64,000 nucleotides of DNA. Source: Alphaproteobacteria bacterium (GTDB lineage Bacteria > Pseudomonadota > Alphaproteobacteria > MPNO01). The notes under the pieces are model-generated. The model searched no databases and was not told where the DNA came from. It saw nothing but the letters and a program-made list of their open reading frames with translations. The translations under genes and the position numbers were made by a program. This document shows positions 58,383-64,000 of the stretch, one piece after another (position 1 is the stretch's first letter; each line of letters begins with the position of its first letter). Location of the stretch: the NCBI GenBank assembly GCA_965248835.1, contig CBDFLJ010000001.1, forward strand, positions 1,376,001 to 1,440,000, read 5' to 3'.

Positions 58383-59464
58383 GACCGGCCGCGGGCGGCG
58401 ATCTCCCAGATGTCCTCGACCTCGTCGTCGCGGGTGATGATGAAGCGGTCGTGCAGGTTGACCGTGGTATCGCAGTGGCTCGGCATCAGCACCACCTTGT
58501 CGCCGACCGCCAGCGGCGAGTCGCCCGGAAAGCTCAGCTCGCCGTGCTCGTCGCCGGCGAACCGGAACACCGCCTCGGGATGATTGATCGCCATCGGCGG
58601 ACCGCCGTCGCCGCTGATCGCCTTCCAGCCCGAATCCAGGATAACCCGGTTCGGGGCCGGCCGGCTGATGACCCCGGCATAGACGCTCAGTGAACTCTCG
58701 AACGGCGGGGCCGGCGCGTCCTGCCATTCGATCGCGCTGTAGTTCGTGTCCATGAAGATGTAGCTGCCAGGCTGGAGCTCGGTCAGCCCGCCGAGCGCGA
58801 TGTCGATCACCGAGGTGCCGGTGCCGCCGCCGGTCAGGACCGCGATCTCGATTCCGGCCTTGCGCACCAGGTCCGCGCTCCGGTTCAGCAGGTCGAGCGC
58901 CTTCTCGACCGCGCTGCGCCGCTCGGCGAGGCTCGCCCGCATCTGGACCGCGCCCTGATAGCCCTGCAGGCCCTTGAAGGTGAGCCACGGATTTCCGTCG
59001 ATCAGGACGGCGAGCTCGGCCGCGCGCGGGCCCGGCGGAACGCCGCAGCGGCCCTGGCCGACATCGACCTCGACCAGAACGTCGAGCCGGAGCCCCGCGG
59101 TCTGGGCGCCGGCGGCGAGATCGGCGATGTTGTCCGCATCATCGACGACCACCGCGATACGGGACTTTTGCGCCGCGTTGACCAGCCGCATCACCTTGGA
59201 CCGGCCGATGACCCCGGTGGTGATCAATATGTCCTCGATGCCGGCCTCGGCCATCACCTCGGCCTCGCCGAGCTTGGCGCAGCACACGCCGACGGCGCCG
59301 GCCTCGATCTGAAGCTTCGCGACATGCGGCGACTTGTGAGCCTTGGCGTGCGGCCGGTAGGCGATCCCGGCCTCGGCGGCGAGCGCGGACATGCGCGCGA
59401 TATTGCGCTCGAACGACGCGGCGTCGACCATCAGGACGGGGGTGTCGAGCTCTTCGATCTTCAT
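58376..59464 (-). CDS. DSD1/D-threonine aldolase family PLP enzyme
   Basis: LDTP, RPHAKAHK, GRCGV, GGGTGT, ELQPGSYIFMD, DEHG, PSHCDTTVN. Confidence 0.92.
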   Translation of the reverse strand: MKIEELDTPVLMVDAASFERNIARMSALAAEAGIAYRPHAKAHKSPHVAKLQIEAGAVGVCCAKLGEAEVMAEAGIEDILITTGVIGRSKVMRLVNAAQKSRIAVVVDDADNIADLAAGAQTAGLRLDVLVEVDVGQGRCGVPPGPRAAELAVLIDGNPWLTFKGLQGYQGAVQMRASLAERRSAVEKALDLLNRSADLVRKAGIEIAVLTGGGTGTSVIDIALGGLTELQPGSYIFMDTNYSAIEWQDAPAPPFESSLSVYAGVISRPAPNRVILDSGWKAISGDGGPPMAINHPEAVFRFAGDEHGELSFPGDSPLAVGDKVVLMPSHCDTTVNLHDRFIITRDDEVEDIWEIAARGRSQ

Positions 59465-61140
59465 GGCCTGCGTTCGTAGACCACCTTTCCGCCGACGATC
59501 GTGGTTTCGGCCAGCGTGTCTTTGATGTCCCCTTCGGGACAGCTCAGCGGGTCGCGGTCGAGCACGACCATGTCGGCGAGCTTGCCGACCTCGAGCGAGC
59601 CCTTGACGTCTTCCTCGAAGCTCAGCCACGCGCCTTCGATCGTCGCGCAGCGCAGCGCGTCCTCCCGGCTCAGCGCCTGGCCGGCCCCGATCCGCGTGCC
59701 GGTATGCAGGTTCTCGCGCGCGATCGACTGCCAGACCGGGTAGAATAGGCTGGTCGGCACGTTGTCGGTGGCCAGCGAGACGTGCACGCCGTGCTCACGC
59801 AGCCGCTTGAGGGGCACGATGTCCTCCTCCCGCGCCGGGCCGAGCTCTTCGAGCATGATATGGGACTGCTTGTGGATGTAGCGGTTGGTGTGGGTGGTCA
59901 GCACCAGGCCCAGATCGGCGATGCGGCGGACCTCGTCCTGGCTGAACGCGCGGATGTGGCCAAGGATCCAGCGCTGATCGGCGATCGGCACCACCCGGTT
60001 CGCCGCCTCGAACAGGTCCAGGAACTCGCCCCACAGCGCCGCCACCCGGATGCCGTTGCGCGCGGCCTCGACCAGGAAGCCGACCATCCGATCCTCGGGC
60101 ACGCCGCAATCGTAGTTGAATCCCGACCACCCGGTATAGGGCGAGGCGCGCGCGCGCAGCAGGCTGTCCTGGTTGAAGCCGAACTCGGTATACATGCCAC
60201 CGACCGCGAGCCACGGATCGCCCAGCCCGCGCCCACCGAGCCAGCCCGACCACGACCTGAGCGCGTGGGTGTAGTCGATATCCCGCTCCGGCCCCCAGGA
60301 CGGGCTGAAGACGAGGTTCGCCCGCACCGTTGCCTCACCCGCGGCATGGACCGCCTGATAGGCCTGGATCAGCTCCTGCGCGGCGCCATGCTCCTCGAAG
60401 ACGCTGGTCGTGCCGGTGGCGTTGTAGACCCGCATCGCCACCTTGAGCCCGCGGACCCGGTCCTCGGCCGTGAACCGCGGCGCCATCTGGAAATGGCTGA
60501 GCTCGACCACCGGCATGAAGGTGTTCTCGTGGATGACGCCGGTGGGTTCACCGGTCTGCGCATCACGCTCGAAGGTGATGGTATCCGACGGATCGGCCGT
60601 CTCCCTGCCGATCCCGCCAAGCGCCAGCGCGGCCGAGTTGGCGACCGAGGTCAGCGGCAGGATGTGGCGCCAGAACCCCCAGATCGGGCGGATATAGACC
60701 GGATTGTCCGGCGCGACCCGGTCGAGCTCCCAGCGCGTCGGGAAGCGTTTCTCGGCGAGGTTGTCGGGGACGTCCCAGTAATAGGGCGGATCGCCGATCG
60801 GCATGGTGAGGATCCACTGGCCCGGCGTGGATTCGGCAACCAGCGCTTCGATGCGCTGCAAGACATCGTCGATCGAACGGCAGCCCGCGAGCGAGGGGAA
60901 GACCGGCTTCAGCCCTTCGCGGTCGAGATGGGCGTGGCCGTCGATCAGCCCGGGCACGACCGCCCGTCCGCCGGCATCGATCAGCCTGGTTTCGGGTCCG
61001 GCCAGCGCTTCGATCTCGGCCGCTCCGCCGATGGCCACAATCCGCTCGCCGCGCACTGCCACGGCTTCGGCGAGCCCGAAGGCGGGATCGACGGTGATGA
61101 CCTTCCCGCGGCTGAGGATCAGATCGACCGGGCCTGCCAT
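59461..61140 (-). CDS. YtcJ-like amidohydrolase (Amidohydro_3)
   Basis: PGLIDGHAH, LDRVAPDNPV, ANSAAL, KGSLEVGKLADMVVL. Confidence 0.9.
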   Translation of the reverse strand: MAGPVDLILSRGKVITVDPAFGLAEAVAVRGERIVAIGGAAEIEALAGPETRLIDAGGRAVVPGLIDGHAHLDREGLKPVFPSLAGCRSIDDVLQRIEALVAESTPGQWILTMPIGDPPYYWDVPDNLAEKRFPTRWELDRVAPDNPVYIRPIWGFWRHILPLTSVANSAALALGGIGRETADPSDTITFERDAQTGEPTGVIHENTFMPVVELSHFQMAPRFTAEDRVRGLKVAMRVYNATGTTSVFEEHGAAQELIQAYQAVHAAGEATVRANLVFSPSWGPERDIDYTHALRSWSGWLGGRGLGDPWLAVGGMYTEFGFNQDSLLRARASPYTGWSGFNYDCGVPEDRMVGFLVEAARNGIRVAALWGEFLDLFEAANRVVPIADQRWILGHIRAFSQDEVRRIADLGLVLTTHTNRYIHKQSHIMLEELGPAREEDIVPLKRLREHGVHVSLATDNVPTSLFYPVWQSIARENLHTGTRIGAGQALSREDALRCATIEGAWLSFEEDVKGSLEVGKLADMVVLDRDPLSCPEGDIKDTLAETTIVGGKVVYERRP

Positions 61141-62726
61141 CAGGCGCCGACCGCGTAGGCCTCGCGCCGGGTATCGGCCGCGCCCAGCAGCACGCCGTCG
61201 GCCCGTCGTTCGATCACCTTGGCCGATCCGAAATATGACGCGCCCGCCGCGCGCTTGACCGGGAAGCCCTGGGCGGCCAAGCGCCGGGCGACATCGTCGG
61301 GGTAGGCCTCGTCCAGCAGCGTCTCGCCGTTGAGGTTGATGCTCCAGCGCGGCGCCTCGATGGCGGCCGTCAGCTCGATGCCGCGGTCGACCAGGTTCGA
61401 CAGGATCTGGACGTGCGACAGCGTCTGGCTCGGCCCGCCCGGCGTGGCCATCAGGTAGCGCAGCGCGCCGCCGTCGAGGACCACCACCGGATTCAGCGTG
61501 TGGGCCGGCCGCTTGCCGGGCGCAAGCACGCCGGCATGGTCCGGGTCGGTGCTGAACCCGGTCATCCGGTTGTTCATGTGGAAGCCGGTGCCGGGATCGA
61601 GGAAAGCGCCGCCGAAGACATGGAACACCGACTGCACGACCGAGATGCCGTTGCCTTCGCCGTCGGCCAGCGTGATGCAGGACGTCCCGCCCGCCGGATG
61701 GGCCGCCGCCGCGGCCGTCGCCGTCTCGCCCCGCGCCGCTTCCCGCAGCCGAGCGGTGGTCGCGGCACCCAGCATGTCGTCCACCGGGACCGGGTTGGTC
61801 CTGGGATCGGCGATCAGGTCCCGGCCCTCGGCGAAGACCGCGCGTTGGGCGCGCATGAAACAGGCAAGCCGAGCCGCATCGTCCGCGGTGAGGTCCTCGG
61901 GTGCGATGCCGTCCAGCGCGTTGAGCTGCATCAGCATCAGCACGCCGTATGAGTTGGGCGGCATCACTCGGACGGTCAGCCCGCGATAGGTCCCGGTCAG
62001 CGGCTCGACCCATTCGGGCTCGTAGCCGGCGAAGTCCTCGGCCGTCATCACGCCGCCGCAGGCCTGGCTGTAGGCGCCGATCGAGGCGCCGATCTCGCCC
62101 TCATAGACGACCTTGCTGCCCTCATCGGCGATCAGCCGCAGGCTGCGGGCAAGCGCCGGCTGGCGGACGATCGCTCCGGCGGGCAGGGGCTCGCCGTCGG
62201 GGTAGTAGATCTCTCGCAGCCCCGGATCGCCCTCGACATCCTCGCGGAACAGGTGCAGCGCGGCGGCGAGCACGCGCGAAACCGGATGGGCTTCGGCGAG
62301 CCGGACCGCGTCTTCCATCAGATCGGCCCAGGCGAGCTTGCCGTAGTGTTGGTGCATGCGCTCCCAGCCGCGGACCATGCCTGGCACGCTGGCGGCCAGC
62401 GGCCCGCGCAGCGGGATGCCGTCCCGGTAGGCCGCCAGCGTCGCCCCGGCCGGCGCGTGGCCCGAGGCGTTCATGCCGTGGGTGCGGCCCTGCCTGGCGT
62501 CGTGGAAGAGGATGAACGCATCGCCGCCGAGCGAGGTCGCGTGCGGCAGGACCACCGACAGCGTAGCCGAGGTGGCGATCATCGCGTCGACCAGCGAGCC
62601 GCCGCGCTCCAACACCCGCAGCCCGGAGATCGAGGCCTGGGAGTGGCCGGAGACCACCATCGCGTTCATGCCGTAGACCGGTGAGCGGGGGATCTTGACC
62701 CCGGCGAAACTGTCTTGCTTGGCCAT
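61140..62726 (-). CDS. Gamma-glutamyltransferase family Ntn hydrolase (no signal peptide)
   Basis: GGDAF, SVPG, YGKL, MPPNSYG, GTSC nucleophile, PGKRPAHTL, TPGG, ADTRRE. Confidence 0.92.
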   Translation of the reverse strand: MAKQDSFAGVKIPRSPVYGMNAMVVSGHSQASISGLRVLERGGSLVDAMIATSATLSVVLPHATSLGGDAFILFHDARQGRTHGMNASGHAPAGATLAAYRDGIPLRGPLAASVPGMVRGWERMHQHYGKLAWADLMEDAVRLAEAHPVSRVLAAALHLFREDVEGDPGLREIYYPDGEPLPAGAIVRQPALARSLRLIADEGSKVVYEGEIGASIGAYSQACGGVMTAEDFAGYEPEWVEPLTGTYRGLTVRVMPPNSYGVLMLMQLNALDGIAPEDLTADDAARLACFMRAQRAVFAEGRDLIADPRTNPVPVDDMLGAATTARLREAARGETATAAAAAHPAGGTSCITLADGEGNGISVVQSVFHVFGGAFLDPGTGFHMNNRMTGFSTDPDHAGVLAPGKRPAHTLNPVVVLDGGALRYLMATPGGPSQTLSHVQILSNLVDRGIELTAAIEAPRWSINLNGETLLDEAYPDDVARRLAAQGFPVKRAAGASYFGSAKVIERRADGVLLGAADTRREAYAVGA

Positions 62727-62752
62727 CGATTCCGCTCTCGTCCCGGTCGCGC

Positions 62753-63925
62753 TCAGCCCGGCGCCAGACAGGTCTCCACCAGCCGGGCCCAGTAGCTCGC
62801 GCCGATCGGCAGGATCTCGTCGTTGAAGTCGTAATTGGGATTGTGCAGCAGGCAGCCGCCGTCGCCCGGCCCGTTGCCCAGCCAGACATAGGTGCCGGGC
62901 TTCTCGTTGAGCATGAAGGCGAAGTCCTCCGAGGCGAGCTTGGGGTTGAGGTCGGCGTGCACATTGCCCGCGCCGACGACCTCGGCCGCGGCGGTTGCTG
63001 CGATCTCGGATTCCTTCACCGCGTTGACCGTCGGCGGGTAGCGCTTCTCGTAACGGACGGCGGCGTCCAGCCCGTGGGTCGCGGCCACCCCGGCGACGAT
63101 GCGCCGCAGCGCGGCCTCGGCCCGGTCCTGGACCTCGGGGCGGAACGAACGGATCGTGCCGCGCAGCGTCACGTCCTCGGGGATCACGTTCCAGGTGTCG
63201 CCGCCGTGGATCTGGGTGATGGTCAGGATCACCGCTTCCTGTGCATCGATGTTGCGGCTGGCCACGGTCTGAAGCGCGGTGACCATCTCGGCCGCGGCGA
63301 CGATCGCATCGGTTCCCTGGTGCGGCGCCGCCGCGTGGGTCCCGTGCCCGGTGACCGCGATCTCGAAGATGTCGAAGGCCGCCATCATCGGCCCCGGCCG
63401 CACCGCCATCTCGCCGACGCCGAGCCAGGGCATGTTGTGCATGCCGAAGACCTGCTGCATCGGGAAGGTCTCGAACAGGCCGTCCTCGATCATCACCCGC
63501 GCGCCGCCCTCGTTCTCCTCGGCGGGCTGGAAGATGAAATGCACCGTGCCCGCGAAGTTGCGCGTCTCGGCGAGGTACCGCGCCGCCCCCAGCAGCATCG
63601 TCGTGTGCCCGTCATGGCCGCAGGCATGCATCTTGCCCTGGTTCCGCGAGCGGTGCGCGAAGTCGTTCTTCTCCTCGATATGCAACGCATCCAGATCGGC
63701 GCGCAGCCCGATTGTCTTGCCCGCGCCGCGGCTGCCCTCCAGCGTGCCCACCACGCCGGTCCCGGCAAGCCCGCGATGGGTTGCGATCCCGAGCTCGGCC
63801 AGCCGGTCGGCGACGAACTGCGCGGTCTCGTGCTCTTCGAAGGCGGTCTCCGGGTGCGTGTGCAGGTGCCGCCGCCAAGCGGTCATTTCGTCGTGGAACT
63901 CCGCGATTCGATTGATGACCGGCAT
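62753..63925 (-). CDS. M20D amidohydrolase (hippurate hydrolase/aminoacylase family)
   Basis: RRHLHTHPE, LRADLDAL, MHACGHDGH, FQPAEE, SEDF, LHNPNYDFND. Confidence 0.94.
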   Translation of the reverse strand: MPVINRIAEFHDEMTAWRRHLHTHPETAFEEHETAQFVADRLAELGIATHRGLAGTGVVGTLEGSRGAGKTIGLRADLDALHIEEKNDFAHRSRNQGKMHACGHDGHTTMLLGAARYLAETRNFAGTVHFIFQPAEENEGGARVMIEDGLFETFPMQQVFGMHNMPWLGVGEMAVRPGPMMAAFDIFEIAVTGHGTHAAAPHQGTDAIVAAAEMVTALQTVASRNIDAQEAVILTITQIHGGDTWNVIPEDVTLRGTIRSFRPEVQDRAEAALRRIVAGVAATHGLDAAVRYEKRYPPTVNAVKESEIAATAAAEVVGAGNVHADLNPKLASEDFAFMLNEKPGTYVWLGNGPGDGGCLLHNPNYDFNDEILPIGASYWARLVETCLAPG

Positions 63926-64000
63926 GCAGGGGGCCTCCGTGGTCCGGCCGGGATGGTCACCGGCCGACCAGGCGGTGTCAAGGCCGGGCGATGTCTGATA

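Noticed and set aside
59461-62013. 850-aa amidohydrolase ORF, and the similar extended ORFs 4717-6450 and 5448-7394, as possible fusions
   Set aside because: The extensions are off-frame readings of the upstream genes. The true starts overlap or abut upstream stops.
1-64000. CRISPR array, rRNA, intact tRNA, prophage or anti-phage defence operon
   Set aside because: I saw no regularly spaced repeats, complete cloverleaf, or phage/Cas/defence motifs by eye. A computational scan could still find weak cases.

Overview
This is a very GC-rich alphaproteobacterial chromosome segment; the gene order resembles Rhodospirillales. The core block at about 16.3-50.9 kb carries gapR, pepF, bioABF, rpsU, def, comF, grxC, ubiG, lysC, ptsP, rodZ, hisS, hemA (glutamyl-tRNA reductase), prfA, prmC and clpB. 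Accessory catabolic and transport clusters flank it. On the left are a Liv-type ABC operon with an acyl-CoA ligase, a ferritin-like plus adenylation-ACP-acyltransferase operon, and a flavin monooxygenase/cupin dioxygenase pair. On the right are a CoA-ligase/hydroxycinnamoyl-CoA hydratase-lyase/TTT operon and an amidohydrolase/GGT cluster. There are two mobile-element scars: a patchwork of IS110, IS630-like, IS4-like and ABC fragments (~0.9-2.3 kb), and an integrase stub plus Phd-PIN toxin-antitoxin bracketed by an exact 20-bp direct repeat (8994-10100). I saw no CRISPR array, rRNA or intact tRNA. All family assignments come from recalled motifs; no database search was run. Start codons were often trimmed relative to the ORF track.
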